Shown here one piece after another: positions 20,507 through 32,003 of a DNA stretch of 64,000 nt. Under the pieces are notes generated by a model, which ran no database searches, had not been told where the DNA came from, and was given only the letters and a program-made list of their open reading frames with translations. Source of the stretch: Tubiluchus corallicola (Eukaryota; Animalia; Priapulida); contig JAQGDQ010000440.1 in assembly GCA_030141605.1 (NCBI GenBank), forward strand, positions 1-64,000. Reading direction: 5' to 3'. The first letter of the stretch is position 1. Every line of letters begins with the position of its first letter. The position numbers and the translations under genes were made by a program.

Positions 20507-21863
20507 CAATAGTTCGTTAAACATTTACATAAATATCTGACAATCAATAAAATAAATGTTGAAAAAATTAGGATAATCCCCCTGATAATCAGTATCTTAA
20601 AGTTGTTTTTGACCGACAATTTTAGACATGATTATCAAGGAAATATCAAGATATAAAGATCAGGTAAAAATGATTTTAAACCAAATGGAAGGAATAAATA
20701 AGTGGCAATTCGATTTTATGCTAGACATCTTCGGACTATTTCTTAGTATCAAAGGAAAGATGAACTTTCTTCAATTTGGTAGATATGGAAATCACTGTGA
20801 GCAACGTTATAGATATCAATTTGAAAAAGGGTTTGATTTTATGACTTTTAACAAAGAGTCGGTAATCCATTACGCAAGCAACCATCAAGCCATAGCCTTT
20901 GATCCAAGCTATATAAGCAAGTCAGGAAAGCATACATCTGGGGCTGGTTACTTTTGGTCAGGATGTGCCGGCAAAACAAAATGGGGCTTAGAGATTGCAG
21001 GAATAGCAGCCGTTGATATTGATAATCATACAGCTTTTCATTTAGAAGCTATTCAAACCCCTAATAATCTTGAAGCAGAAAGTCTGGTTGATCATTACGC
21101 AAATGTTTTGATTCAACGCAAGGACAATCTGTTATGTGTATCAAAATACGTTTTGGCAGATGCCTATTTTTCAAAGAATAAGTTTGTAACCAAGCTTTGC
21201 GAAAATGGATTTGAAGTGATTAGTCGCCTGAGAGATGATGCTAACTTACAATACAAATTTTATGGTCAGCAAAAAGCTGGTAGAGGAAGACCTAGAAAAT
21301 ATGAAGGAAAGATTGACTTTGATAATTTAAAATCAAAATATTTTGAATGCTTTGAGCAAAACGAAAAATGCAAAATATACGGAGCAACAGTTTATGCAAA
21401 ATCATTAAAACGAGATGTTAATCTTGTTGTTGTTTTTACAAAAGGAACATCCCGAAAGTGGTCTCACAAGTTATACTTCTCTACTGATTTGCAAATGAAA
21501 GCCGAGACGATTCTTGAATATTATCAAGCCAGATTCCAGATTGAGTTCATTTACAGAGATGCAAAACAATATACCGGATTGAAAGACTGTCAGGCAAGAA
21601 GTGAAAATAAATTACATTTTCATTTTAATGCGTCTCTTACTGCAGTCAATTTGGCCAAGATTAACCACTGGTTAGCTATACCAAAAATCAATAGAAATGC
21701 TTTTTCTATGGCCGATATAAAAACAATGTATCACAATGAATTACTGCTAAATAGATTTTTTAGCGTGTTCGCGGTGAGACCAAACTTAACCAAAAATAAA
21801 TCCAAAATCAGAGAATTAATAACTTACGGCACTATCGCTGCATGATTATTTAACGAACTATTG
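20507..21863 (+). mobile_element. Complete insertion sequence (DDE transposase; IS701/IS4-like, family uncertain)
   Basis: 15-bp perfect IRs CAATAGTTCGTTAAA (20507-20521) / TTTAACGAACTATTG (21849-21863); 7-bp TSD TTATTAA on both sides. Confidence 0.95.
20628..21845 (+). CDS. DDE transposase
   Basis: AFDPSYISKSGK, LADAYFS, GRGRPRKY, YQARFQIEFIYRDAKQ (Y-R-E-K signature). Confidence 0.93.
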   Translation: MIIKEISRYKDQVKMILNQMEGINKWQFDFMLDIFGLFLSIKGKMNFLQFGRYGNHCEQRYRYQFEKGFDFMTFNKESVIHYASNHQAIAFDPSYISKSGKHTSGAGYFWSGCAGKTKWGLEIAGIAAVDIDNHTAFHLEAIQTPNNLEAESLVDHYANVLIQRKDNLLCVSKYVLADAYFSKNKFVTKLCENGFEVISRLRDDANLQYKFYGQQKAGRGRPRKYEGKIDFDNLKSKYFECFEQNEKCKIYGATVYAKSLKRDVNLVVVFTKGTSRKWSHKLYFSTDLQMKAETILEYYQARFQIEFIYRDAKQYTGLKDCQARSENKLHFHFNASLTAVNLAKINHWLAIPKINRNAFSMADIKTMYHNELLLNRFFSVFAVRPNLTKNKSKIRELITYGTIAA

Positions 21864-21887
21864 TTATTAATATACATTATTAAAAAA

Positions 21888-22139
21888 ATGACTACAAAAA
21901 ATAAACAACAAGAAGATGCAGGCTTTGCCATTGGAAAACAAAATTATAGACTTATAATACTAGGGTTCCTCTTTATAGTCATTGGACTGTCACTAATGGT
22001 TGGAGGCAGGAGTGAAGATCCTAATGTATTTAACTCTGAAATATATAACTTTAGACGTATCACGGTTGCCCCTATGGTGGTTCTTTTCGGATTCCTATTC
22101 GAAATCTACGCCATTATGAAAAAACCAACCCGTAAGTAA
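21888..22139 (+). CDS. DUF3098-family small membrane protein
   Basis: NY..IILG..LMVGG.S.DP.VFN..I..FRRITVAP; usual ftsX-DUF3098-uppP-truB order. Confidence 0.85.
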   Translation: MTTKNKQQEDAGFAIGKQNYRLIILGFLFIVIGLSLMVGGRSEDPNVFNSEIYNFRRITVAPMVVLFGFLFEIYAIMKKPTRK

Positions 22140-22150
22140 AGTTAAGGTGT

Positions 22151-22936
22151 ATGGAAATTATTCACGCGATTTTGCTTGGGTTGATTCAGGGTGCAACAGA
22201 ATTTCTACCAATTAGCTCAAGCGGACATCTCGAACTAGGGCATGCTATCTGGAATATAGAAGGGGATAGCAACCTGTTATTTACCACAGTAGTACATGGA
22301 GCTACCGCGTTAAGCACAATTATTGTATTTAGAAAAGATATTTCTGCTCTCATAAAAGGATGCCTCAACTTTAAATGGAACGAAGAGTCCCGATATATTA
22401 TTAAAATAATTATCTCTATAATTCCAATAGGAATTGCAGGACTACTCCTTAAAAATAAAATCGAATCAATCTTTTCCGGAAATCTCGTCCTTGTAGGAAG
22501 CATGCTGTTAATTACGGCGCTTCTTTTAGCCTTTACATTTTTCGCTAAAGCAAAAGAAAAAGAGGTATCACTTCCCAACTCGTTCCTGATAGGGGTTGTA
22601 CAGGCATTTGCAATCCTACCGGGAATATCGAGGTCCGGCTCAACCATTGCTGCCGCAATGCTCCTGGGAGTAAACAGAGAAAAAGCAGCCAGGTTCTCAT
22701 TCCTTATGGTCCTTATACCTATTATCGGAATTAACCTTATCAACATTATAGATGGAGACATAGCAGTAAGCTCAAATATCGGGGTAGCGCCATTACTGGC
22801 AGGGTTTATCTCTGCATTTCTTTCAGGATTCGTAGCATGCAGGTGGATGATTCACCTTGTAAAAAAAGGAAAACTAATCTATTTTGCTGCATACTGTGCT
22901 ATTATTGGTATTATCACTATCTTTGTATCCCTGTAA
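22151..22936 (+). CDS. uppP: Undecaprenyl-diphosphate phosphatase
   Basis: QGATEFLPISSSGH, PGISRSGST. Confidence 0.96.
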   Translation: MEIIHAILLGLIQGATEFLPISSSGHLELGHAIWNIEGDSNLLFTTVVHGATALSTIIVFRKDISALIKGCLNFKWNEESRYIIKIIISIIPIGIAGLLLKNKIESIFSGNLVLVGSMLLITALLLAFTFFAKAKEKEVSLPNSFLIGVVQAFAILPGISRSGSTIAAAMLLGVNREKAARFSFLMVLIPIIGINLINIIDGDIAVSSNIGVAPLLAGFISAFLSGFVACRWMIHLVKKGKLIYFAAYCAIIGIITIFVSL

Positions 22937-23103
22937 ATTGCAGCGCTACACATGCGCGGCATATACGCTTTGAGATAGTTATAGCAAATAACGATTGATT
23001 GCAACTTTGAGGTCTTTGCAAGATTGAAGGAAAATTTGATGAAAAATCACAATTTACTGATGTAAATTAGGACTTTGAAGAGAATATTAATAAAAAATGA
23101 GTT

Positions 23104-23820
23104 TTGCAAAAGATTCACTTTGATTTTCAAGCGGGTGAGATTATCGCCTTCAATAAACCTTTAGGATGGACATCATTCGACCTGGTTCAAAAAATCAGGA
23201 ACCATCTTTGCCGACAACTGGAGATCAAGAAATTGAAAGTAGGGCATGCGGGTACTCTTGACCCAATGGCATCCGGTGTAATGGTATTGTGTACGGGAAA
23301 AGCGACAAAAAAGATCGAAGGCTTACAGGAAAAAACTAAAGAGTATATTGCAACATTAAAACTTGGGGCTACAACCCCATCATACGACCTGGAAACAGAG
23401 GAAGATAAGCAGTTTGAAACTGATCATATTAATAAAGAGCTGGTAGAAACCACCTTAAGAAAGTTCGTAGGGAAAATAGAACAGGTGCCACCAATATACT
23501 CTGCGGTAAAAATTGGAGGAAAAAAGGCATATGAATACGCCAGAAAAGGTGAAAAAGTTCAGCTTAAAGCCAAAGTGCTCACTATTGACAAAATAGAAAT
23601 AATGTTTTTTTCAAAAACAAACCTTAAACTAAAAATAAAATGTAGTAAAGGCACATACATACGAGCTCTCGCCCGTGATATAGGTAAAGCCATGAAAAGT
23701 GGTGCTTACCTGGAAGGGCTACAAAGGACAAAAGTTGGGAAATACTCCATGTCAAACGTATTTGAAGTTGATGAGTTTATACAGCTTACCAGCCAGAAAG
23801 CTGTACTCACACAGAATTAA
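23104..23820 (+). CDS. truB: tRNA pseudouridine(55) synthase
   Basis: KVGHAGTLDP, QVPPIYSAVK, CSKGTYIR. Confidence 0.96.
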   Translation: MQKIHFDFQAGEIIAFNKPLGWTSFDLVQKIRNHLCRQLEIKKLKVGHAGTLDPMASGVMVLCTGKATKKIEGLQEKTKEYIATLKLGATTPSYDLETEEDKQFETDHINKELVETTLRKFVGKIEQVPPIYSAVKIGGKKAYEYARKGEKVQLKAKVLTIDKIEIMFFSKTNLKLKIKCSKGTYIRALARDIGKAMKSGAYLEGLQRTKVGKYSMSNVFEVDEFIQLTSQKAVLTQN

Positions 23821-23854
23821 ATAAGACTTATTATTGTTATAATAACTGTATTTT

Positions 23855-24904
23855 ATGAAGTTATCCAAATTTAGATATAACCTACCGGATGAGTTGATCG
23901 CTTTACATCCCACCCTTAATAGGGATGAATCAAGAATGATGATACTGCATCGTAACACAGGAAAGATCGAACACAAAGAATTTAAAGAAATCATAAACTA
24001 TTTCGACAACGAAGATGTAATGGTCTTCAATAATACCAAAGTCTTTCCCGCTCGCCTGCGTGGCAAAAAAGAGAAAACAAGAGCGCATATTGAAGTATTT
24101 CTTTTAAGAGAGCTGAACCGTGAACAACGCTTGTGGGATGTACTGGTTGACCCTGCACGAAAGATACGAATTGGGAATAAACTATACTTTGGAGAAAATG
24201 ACATGCTTGTTGCCGAAGTAATAGACAACACTACATCACGCGGTAGAACTTTGCGATTTCTATACGATGGCACCTACAATGACTTTAAAAAAACCCTGTA
24301 TAGCCTGGGAGAAACTCCCCTGCCAAAATCAATACAGCGCCCCGTAGAAAAATCAGACACAGAACGTTACCAGACCATATTTGCGGAGCATGAGGGAGCA
24401 GTAGCTGCACCTACTGCAGGACTGCACTTTAGCCGTGAACTTATGAAAAGGCTTGAAATAAAAGGGGTAGGATTTGCAAACATAACCCTTCACGTAGGCT
24501 TAGGAAACTTCCGCAGTGTTGATGTGGAAGACCTTACAAAGCATAAAATGGACTCCGAACAGATATGGATACCCAATGATGTCGCAAACATGGTAAACAA
24601 ATCAAAAAAAGCAAAACGTCATATCTGTGCAGTTGGAACAACAGTAATGCGTACTCTGGAAAGCTCGGTGTCAACCACAGGCCTTTTGAAATCATTTGAA
24701 GGGTGGACAAATAAATTTATATTTCCTCCCTACGAATTTAACGTGGCCAACTCTATGGTATCCAATTTTCACCTACCCTTATCTACACTAATGATGATGG
24801 TAGCTGCATTTGCCGGCTATGAGCAATTGATAAACGCCTATCAAGTAGCTATAAAAGAAAAATACAGGTTCGGCACCTATGGAGACGCCATGCTGGTTAT
24901 TTAA
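23855..24904 (+). CDS. queA: S-adenosylmethionine:tRNA ribosyltransferase-isomerase
   Basis: [33 protein letters not shown]. Confidence 0.97.
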   Translation: MKLSKFRYNLPDELIALHPTLNRDESRMMILHRNTGKIEHKEFKEIINYFDNEDVMVFNNTKVFPARLRGKKEKTRAHIEVFLLRELNREQRLWDVLVDPARKIRIGNKLYFGENDMLVAEVIDNTTSRGRTLRFLYDGTYNDFKKTLYSLGETPLPKSIQRPVEKSDTERYQTIFAEHEGAVAAPTAGLHFSRELMKRLEIKGVGFANITLHVGLGNFRSVDVEDLTKHKMDSEQIWIPNDVANMVNKSKKAKRHICAVGTTVMRTLESSVSTTGLLKSFEGWTNKFIFPPYEFNVANSMVSNFHLPLSTLMMMVAAFAGYEQLINAYQVAIKEKYRFGTYGDAMLVI

Positions 24905-24997
24905 CCTAACAAAGCCTTTGTAAGAATAGATAGTCGCTCCTTAAATTAAACTCAAATTATTCAAGATCAGCAATGTATAGCTGAAAGCTTGTTGGAC

Positions 24998-25440
24998 TAT
25001 AGTGTCCTAAATTGCAAGGATTATTATAGCTTTCATGTAAGACCTTGCAGGTTATGATAGGAAAATCGTCAAGTCAAAACCGGATGAACCTTACAAGCTC
25101 TGCGAAACAGAGAAAACTGCCCTTAAATAAATGGTTTTGATAGAAAAACAGCGAAAGGTGGAGCGAAAAAATCTTCTCACTGATTGAGCCTTTTACCAAA
25201 AGGCGGGGTCTGAGAAAATAGTGAAGCCAGCAGCATAGGCTTTCATCAAAATCCTTTACACGGATTGACTTTTGCCTATTTTGTATCAAGAATGCACTAC
25301 TTCAAAAACAACTGTATAATCGTCAATACGAGCTGTACGCTTTTTTTTAAAAGACTCCGGAGGACTCTATTGTATGTCAGATAAAAATATACAAATAGTA
25401 AATTTTGATCTCAACAAAAATTAATTCTTAAGGGACGACC
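24998..25440. repeat. Dispersed repeat family B (MITE-like), copy 1; other copies at ~34443-34570 and ~52176-52402
   Basis: Shared blocks GAGAARATAGYGAARCC...ATCAAAA, TTTGTATCAAGA, AAAATATACAAATAGTAAATTTTGAYCTCAACAAAAATYAATTCTTAAGGG. Confidence 0.85.
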
Positions 25441-25520
25441 AGGTGCTTAGATTTTCAGATTGATAAAAATCGATGGAAAACCAATAGTTTACGGGTAGTA
25501 AATAAGAACTTTGAAAAAAT

Positions 25521-25550
25521 AAAAGAGGTGTAAAAACCTTACGCCTCTTT
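25521..25550 (-). terminator. Rho-independent terminator after trxA
   Basis: AAAGAGGTGTAA-loop-TTACGCCTCTTT hairpin flanked by A/T runs. Confidence 0.7.
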
Positions 25551-25573
25551 TAAAGCTATGAAAACATTAACAC

Positions 25574-25891
25574 CTACAAAAGTGCATCAAGCTTAGATGC
25601 AAGTGCAGTTTTATGCGCTGCCCCAACCTGCTTGTCTACAACCTCTCCATTCTTGAAGAAAAGAATAGTAGGAATATTACGTATACCAAACTTCGCAGCA
25701 GTTTCCGGGCTATTGTCAACATTCATTTTTGTAATAACAGCCCTCCCCTCATAATCACCTGACATTTCCTCAACTATAGGCGTAATCATGCGACACGGGC
25801 CACACCACTCCGCCCAAAAATCAACAAGCACAGGTTTGTCTGACTGGAGAACTATCTCTTCAAAGCTAGCATCAGTTACATCAATTGCCAT
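25574..25891 (-). CDS. trxA: Thioredoxin
   Basis: DFWAEWCGPC. Confidence 0.97.
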   Translation of the reverse strand: MAIDVTDASFEEIVLQSDKPVLVDFWAEWCGPCRMITPIVEEMSGDYEGRAVITKMNVDNSPETAAKFGIRNIPTILFFKNGEVVDKQVGAAHKTALASKLDALL

Positions 25892-25954
25892 AACAATAAT
25901 TGTTAATAAGTATTATAATATAAAATTAATCTATTCACAGTTCAAATTTACAAA

Positions 25955-28900
25955 TTAATTAATTGTAAAAACAATATCCTCTCTTTTTTGCAGATAGTCC
26001 AAAACCTCATCTGAAAGTATTATTCTTTTCATCCTTGAAAACTTTCTCACTACACACCTCTCCTTTTCATCCCTGATAGCAAACTGAATGGCTGTTTCCC
26101 CCCCGTTCTTATCAGCCAATACGCCAAACTCATTAACAAACTCAGGGGTAACACTCTCTGACGGCACCTCAATAACCACCCTGTCAATCTGCTCCCGCTT
26201 CTCCGACAGCAGATCAATATCCTTAATCCTAAAATCCCAAGTATCACGGCCTCTATTCTGCAACACTCTCCCCGTTACAATTAAAAGCAGGCCGGACTTG
26301 CAAAACTTCCCAAAATCGATATACTGCCTGCCAAAAAGAAACATCTTGTATGACCCGGTATAATCAATCATTGTCATAACAGAAAAAGGATTACCGTTTT
26401 TGGACACCGACTCGTGAGCACTCTCCACCATCCCCGCAAAGATGATGTCTCTATTTTGAAAACTGCCTATATCCTCACTAAGCTTAAACAATGTAACCCC
26501 TGTAGTACAAAAACGCTCCATATCAAACTTATAGGGATCAAGTGGATGTGCTGACAAATAAACACCAACCACAGCTTTCTCATTCTCAAGCAACTTCAGC
26601 TTAGGGTACTCCGGCACATCGGGGATAGAGGGCTTCTTAATCTCAAGCCCCTCACTATCACCAAAAAGAGACTCCATCTCACTATTGCTATCCTCTCGAA
26701 CAAGATTCCCATACCTCAACAGTGTCTCGGCAAAGGACTTCTCACTGCTGTTCTCAGCAAAAAAATGTGAACGGTGAAGACCTTCAAACCCATCAAACGC
26801 CCCGGCCATGGCCAACGACTCTATACTCTTTTTATTTACCGCCTGAAGATTTACCCTCTCCACAAAATCAAATATATCCTTATACTCTCCACCCTCATCA
26901 CGGCTACTGATAATATTCTCAACAGCACTGCCCCCAACACCTTTAATAGCAGCCAACCCAAAACGCAATGCACCATCTTTATTAACAAAAAACTTTGCTC
27001 TGGACTCATTGACATCCGGAACCAGCACAGGCAACCCTACATGGTTACACTCATCCATCAACATTGATATCTTCTCAATACTCCCCAGGTTCCGGCTCAA
27101 CACAGCAGACATAAACTCCGCCGGATAGTGGGCTTTAAGATATCCTGTCTGATAAGCAATACGTGCATAGCAAACAGAATGGGACTTATTAAATGCATAA
27201 GAAGCAAACGCCTCCCAATCAGTCCATATCTTACTTATCAACTCATCCGGCCTCTTATTCACACTACCACACCCATCAATAAACTCTTTGTTCCTTAAGC
27301 ACCCCTCCCTAAACTTGACCTTCAGCTTTTCCATCAAATCGCCCTTCTTCTTCCCCATCGCTTTACGAAGCTCATCCGACTCACCTTTAGTAAGAAGCCC
27401 AAGATTCCTGGCTTGCAACATCACCTGCTCCTGAAACACGGTTATACCATAAGTCTCTTTCAAAAAAAGCTCCATCATGGGATGGTCATACACAATCTTC
27501 TCATCCCCATGTTTGCGAGCTATAAAATTGGGAATATACTCCATTGGGCCAGGCCTGTAAAGCGCATTCATCGCCACAAGATCCTCAAAACAGTTAGGAC
27601 GCAACTGCTTAAGCCATTTTTTCATCCCGGGAGACTCAAACTGAAATATAGCAGTTGTATCTCCGCTTGAAAACATCGAGAAAGTCAGATCATCACTATC
27701 CGGTATCTTGTCAATATCAATATCAATACCCTTCGACAATTTCACATTCTCAATGCACTCCTTTATAATAGACAAGGTCTTTAGCCCCAGAAGATCCATT
27801 TTGAGCAGCCCGATATCCTCTACAACTCCCCCGTCATACTGAGTTGTCAAAATACTCTCCCCTTTGGTAGGCATTACAGGCAGATGCTCCGACAGCGGAT
27901 TCCTACCTATAAGGATTCCGCACGCATGTATCCCCGTATGCCTGACAGAACCCTCCAACGCCTCAGCCAGCTTTATTGTTTTGGATACCAGGGGATCATC
28001 AGACTGCCTCTCAGATTTGAACCCCGGATTCTCTGCATAAGCCTTTTTAAGGGTCATTTTGGGAGCATCAGGAATCATCTTAGCTAGCCTGTCTGCCTCC
28101 GAGAGCGGGAGCCTAAGCACCCTGGCCACATCCCTTATAGCCATCTTCGCTGCCATAGTACCAAAGGTACATATATGAGCAACCTTGTCAGAGCCGTACT
28201 TGTTGGCAACCCACTCAATCACCTGATCCCGCCCATCATCATCAAAATCAATATCAATATCAGGCATTGATATGCGGTCAGGGTTCAAAAAACGTTCAAA
28301 AAGTAGATTGTATCTGACAGGATCAATATTAGTAATACCAATAGCGTAAGAGACCACTGATCCTGCCGCAGAACCGCGGCCAGGGCCTACAATCACCCCC
28401 ATCCTTCTGGCTGCACAGATAAAATCTTGTACTATAAGAAAATAACCAGGGAACCCCATAGACTTGATCGTTTCTAACTCAAAATCTATACGCTCCCTGC
28501 TGCTCTCTTCAAGCTCTTCCCCATACTTCTCTTTCACCCCTTTATAAACAAGATGCCTCAAATATTCCGACTCAAACTTTACTCTTGCGACTTTCTTAAA
28601 CCCGCCAAGCCTGTCATACGAATCGCCAAACTCCTGCCTGAGACTGTCCTCGTTAAGCCCCACTTCAAACTCCTCAATAGACCCAAACGACTTAGGAATA
28701 TGAAACTCAGGCATAATAGGGCTGGAGTTGAGCTCATAAACCTCCACCTTCTCCGAAATCTCATTTGTGTGATCAAGTGCCTCCGGTATATCTGAAAACA
28801 ACTCCCCCATCTCAGCACACGTCTTTAGCCACTCCTGCCTGGTATAACGCATACGGGACTCATCATCATAGTTTGTACCTGTATTGAGGCAAATAAGTAT

Positions 28901-29584
28901 ATCGTGGGCATCTGCATCCTCTTCATTGACAAAATGAACATCATTGGTAGCTATAACCTTTACACCGTGCTTTGAAGCAAGATCAACTATAACCTTATTT
29001 ACACCAACCTGGCGCTCATAAATATCAGCTCTCATTTGAGGATCATCCGATGGATGGAGCTGAACCTCCAGGTAATAATCATCCTTAAAAACCCTCTTAA
29101 ACCACTCTATAGCCAACTCTGCACCCTCAATATCACCGTTCATTATTTTCCGTGGCACCTCCCCTCCAAGGCAGGCAGATGTGACTATCAGCCCTTCACT
29201 GTATTTCTCCAGCAACACCTTGTCTATACGGGGCCTGTAGTACATCCCCTCCACATTTGCAATTGAAACCAGCTTTAATAAATTATGATACCCACCCTTG
29301 TTCTTTGCCAATAAAATAAGGTGGTCTCCAGAACGGTCTGCCTTGTCATTACGATCTTTTATGCTACGCCTGGCAACATAGGTCTCACAGCCAAGTATCG
29401 GCTTTAGCCCTCCATCAATACAGGACTGGTGAAACTCCTTTATACCAAACATACTACCATGGTCGGTAAGTGCCAACGCCTGCATACCATCACTACTGGC
29501 CTTACTTACAAGATCAGAAATACCCGAAGCTCCGTCAAGTATCGAATACTGGCTGTGCACATGAAGGTGTGTAAAAGAGGGCAT
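25955..29584 (-). CDS. dnaE: DNA polymerase III alpha subunit
   Basis: HLHVHSQYSILDG PHP domain, GRGSAAGS, MPDIDIDF, YAFNKSH. Confidence 0.98.
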   Translation of the reverse strand: MPSFTHLHVHSQYSILDGASGISDLVSKASSDGMQALALTDHGSMFGIKEFHQSCIDGGLKPILGCETYVARRSIKDRNDKADRSGDHLILLAKNKGGYHNLLKLVSIANVEGMYYRPRIDKVLLEKYSEGLIVTSACLGGEVPRKIMNGDIEGAELAIEWFKRVFKDDYYLEVQLHPSDDPQMRADIYERQVGVNKVIVDLASKHGVKVIATNDVHFVNEEDADAHDILICLNTGTNYDDESRMRYTRQEWLKTCAEMGELFSDIPEALDHTNEISEKVEVYELNSSPIMPEFHIPKSFGSIEEFEVGLNEDSLRQEFGDSYDRLGGFKKVARVKFESEYLRHLVYKGVKEKYGEELEESSRERIDFELETIKSMGFPGYFLIVQDFICAARRMGVIVGPGRGSAAGSVVSYAIGITNIDPVRYNLLFERFLNPDRISMPDIDIDFDDDGRDQVIEWVANKYGSDKVAHICTFGTMAAKMAIRDVARVLRLPLSEADRLAKMIPDAPKMTLKKAYAENPGFKSERQSDDPLVSKTIKLAEALEGSVRHTGIHACGILIGRNPLSEHLPVMPTKGESILTTQYDGGVVEDIGLLKMDLLGLKTLSIIKECIENVKLSKGIDIDIDKIPDSDDLTFSMFSSGDTTAIFQFESPGMKKWLKQLRPNCFEDLVAMNALYRPGPMEYIPNFIARKHGDEKIVYDHPMMELFLKETYGITVFQEQVMLQARNLGLLTKGESDELRKAMGKKKGDLMEKLKVKFREGCLRNKEFIDGCGSVNKRPDELISKIWTDWEAFASYAFNKSHSVCYARIAYQTGYLKAHYPAEFMSAVLSRNLGSIEKISMLMDECNHVGLPVLVPDVNESRAKFFVNKDGALRFGLAAIKGVGGSAVENIISSRDEGGEYKDIFDFVERVNLQAVNKKSIESLAMAGAFDGFEGLHRSHFFAENSSEKSFAETLLRYGNLVREDSNSEMESLFGDSEGLEIKKPSIPDVPEYPKLKLLENEKAVVGVYLSAHPLDPYKFDMERFCTTGVTLFKLSEDIGSFQNRDIIFAGMVESAHESVSKNGNPFSVMTMIDYTGSYKMFLFGRQYIDFGKFCKSGLLLIVTGRVLQNRGRDTWDFRIKDIDLLSEKREQIDRVVIEVPSESVTPEFVNEFGVLADKNGGETAIQFAIRDEKERCVVRKFSRMKRIILSDEVLDYLQKREDIVFTIN

Positions 29585-29901
29585 AATGTTGTAATTACCT
29601 TAAAGCCAAAACAACAACTTTTGGCATCTAAAATTTGGCCTTAAAGATAGTAGAAATCGGTGCCATTAGATACCACTCCCGCCTTTAAATTACTAACAAG
29701 TAGCTCACAAAAAACTTACTTCTCTATAAACTAATTGATTCCGAAATATAAGCTAATGAGAACCCTGTAAGATTTGGTTCAGGTTAAGGAAAAACTCAAT
29801 AAAAAAACCACAACTTACCAACTTAAATGAAGATTGTGAAGAGTACTTTGACAAAAATATAATTAATAAAAGATGAGATTTGCAAGCCTGCCTCTGCGCT
29901 T

Positions 29902-30591
29902 CTAGCCCTGTCCGGTGCAGCCACTACCACTTTTTAGGTAAAACTCGGCTACGCTAAAATCATCTTTATGAGTTATCTTTATATTTCTCCTGCTACCGGG
30001 CACAAGACGTATCGGATGTCCAAGGCTTTCCACAACAGAAGCATCATCAGTAAACTTCGGCTGCCACGGCTGATTATATGCGTCAACAAGCAACTCCCTT
30101 CTGAAAACCTGCGGAGTCTGTACCACATAATAATCAGACCTGTCTACACTCTCCGACTTCTCAAGTGTTCCTTTGCGCAATGACTCCGTTAGCGGCAATA
30201 CGGGAAGAGATGCCCCTTCACTATAAGCAGCCTCAAAACAGAGACCTATTGTTTCTCTGTCTACCAGTGGCCTCACACCATCGTGAACAGCAATCAGATC
30301 AGAAGAAGTTACCAGATCAATACCGTTTTTCACTGAATAAAACCTTACCCTGCCCCCCGGAGCTACACTATGAGCTACATTAAAAGAGTAGCGCCTGCAC
30401 AAGCTCCTCCAGCAACTCTCCTCCCCTTCAGGCAAAACAACCACTATCTCTATATCAGGATCAAACGCCCGAAAAGCATTCAATGTATGCATAAGCACCG
30501 GCATGCCGGCAAGCTCCATAAACTGCTTAAGAACACTCCCCCCAACCCTCGAGCCACTGCCTCCCGCAACTATTATCACACTCTTTTGCAT
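29902..30591 (-). CDS. ispD: 2-C-methyl-D-erythritol 4-phosphate cytidylyltransferase
   Basis: VAGGSGSR, HDGVRP, QTPQVF, FTDDAS, NIKIT. Confidence 0.95.
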   Translation of the reverse strand: MQKSVIIVAGGSGSRVGGSVLKQFMELAGMPVLMHTLNAFRAFDPDIEIVVVLPEGEESCWRSLCRRYSFNVAHSVAPGGRVRFYSVKNGIDLVTSSDLIAVHDGVRPLVDRETIGLCFEAAYSEGASLPVLPLTESLRKGTLEKSESVDRSDYYVVQTPQVFRRELLVDAYNQPWQPKFTDDASVVESLGHPIRLVPGSRRNIKITHKDDFSVAEFYLKSGSGCTGQG

Positions 30592-30660
30592 CTCCGTAAA
30601 CGTACATAAAGCTTTCAGAAGCCGGGTATAAATTTAAAAAACAGTAACTACAAAATAAGG

Positions 30661-31386
30661 TTAATCTTCCTTTATAATCTTAGACCCTCCCGACAGATTC
30701 GAAAATACCACCTGACCATCTCCCTTATAATGCAGCTCAGACCCTCCAGATGCCTCAATATCTATACTAGTGTGTACTGTAACATACCCCTTACTAGCAC
30801 CTGATAACTCAACTTCCAGAGACCCCACTTCAAAGTCATAGTTCTCGAACTCACTCGCTCCCGAAGCACTACAGGAAAAATAATTTACCGAACCGGAAAC
30901 ATCTATTCTGGAGTAGCCCGAAATATCGGCCTCCAAATTATCTATCGATATCTCCCCTCTAAAATAACTGGCACCTGACAAGCTAATATCAATATCGGAC
31001 GCCTTCGATCCATTTGACAAATGTATATTAGAAGATCCTGACGCCTCAAAGTCTGTTATAGCACCTCTCGTTGTAATGTATGCCTTTAAAGTAGGGCTAC
31101 CCTTTATGCTATACCCGTCAGATATTCCTATAGAGAGCTCACTATCTCTCATTCTAACACTTATAGCCGCATGAACATTATCATCCGCTTCAATCTCAAC
31201 CTTTTCCTCCGTATCGGAATATGTGACGATAGCAGTGAACGTATTAGAAATATCCAACTCATCATAACCACTAAAACTGTACTCACGTGTAACCACGTTG
31301 CCAGATGGCGTAATCTTCTCTTTACTGCAACTGCTAATAGCCACACAGCCCAAAAATAAAACTGGGAAACAAAATCTTTTTACCAT
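30661..31386 (-). CDS. DUF2807 / head GIN domain lipoprotein
   Basis: Lipobox SSC; repeated SGAS/SGSS beta-helix motifs; GNVVTRE. Confidence 0.85.
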   Translation of the reverse strand: MVKRFCFPVLFLGCVAISSCSKEKITPSGNVVTREYSFSGYDELDISNTFTAIVTYSDTEEKVEIEADDNVHAAISVRMRDSELSIGISDGYSIKGSPTLKAYITTRGAITDFEASGSSNIHLSNGSKASDIDISLSGASYFRGEISIDNLEADISGYSRIDVSGSVNYFSCSASGASEFENYDFEVGSLEVELSGASKGYVTVHTSIDIEASGGSELHYKGDGQVVFSNLSGGSKIIKED

Positions 31387-32003
31387 GCTTACAAAACTTT
31401 TATATTAGAAAATAACCACCTCTTCAAAAACCATTAACCAACAAAAACAAATATAGTACTATTTTGGACATCTCCGGCTTGATCACTTCGTCGACTTGAA
31501 TACCTTTACAAGACAAAACAGTCTGATCCGCACTGAAAAAAATCGATGAGAATTTTCAGCCAGACCACATAAAAATGAAGATTTTGACGAAAAAAATTAG
31601 CAAAGCAGTAAAAAAACAAGTATCGCAAAGGCCTCGTATATTTTAAAATATTCAGTTTAACACAGGCAGAAATCCTGTTGGCACACACAAAGAAAAGCTA
31701 AAATCCCCCCCCCTCTCTTCTATAAGTTAAAAAATAATAATTAATATTAAAAATAGCAACTGGCTTGTTAAAACTTATTACCTTTGTAATTATTTAAACT
31801 GCATATATGTACTGAGCAAAAAGGGATTTTTGCAAACTGAAAAATTTTGGTTCGCTATAAGAAAATGCGATAAAAGCTTTCGGTCCGCTCATATCATATA
31901 AAAAAATAGTAATAAAAAAGACTTACAGAAGTTTATTTACAAAGCATGCTTGGCACTGTTCCACACCACAAAACAACTAAACAAAACAACTAAAATAGGT
32001 AAT

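Noticed and set aside
31705-31713. C9 tract upstream of the adhesin gene as a phase-variation switch
   Set aside because: It lies ~65 nt upstream of the TACCTTTG -7 box (31779-31786), outside the promoter spacer.
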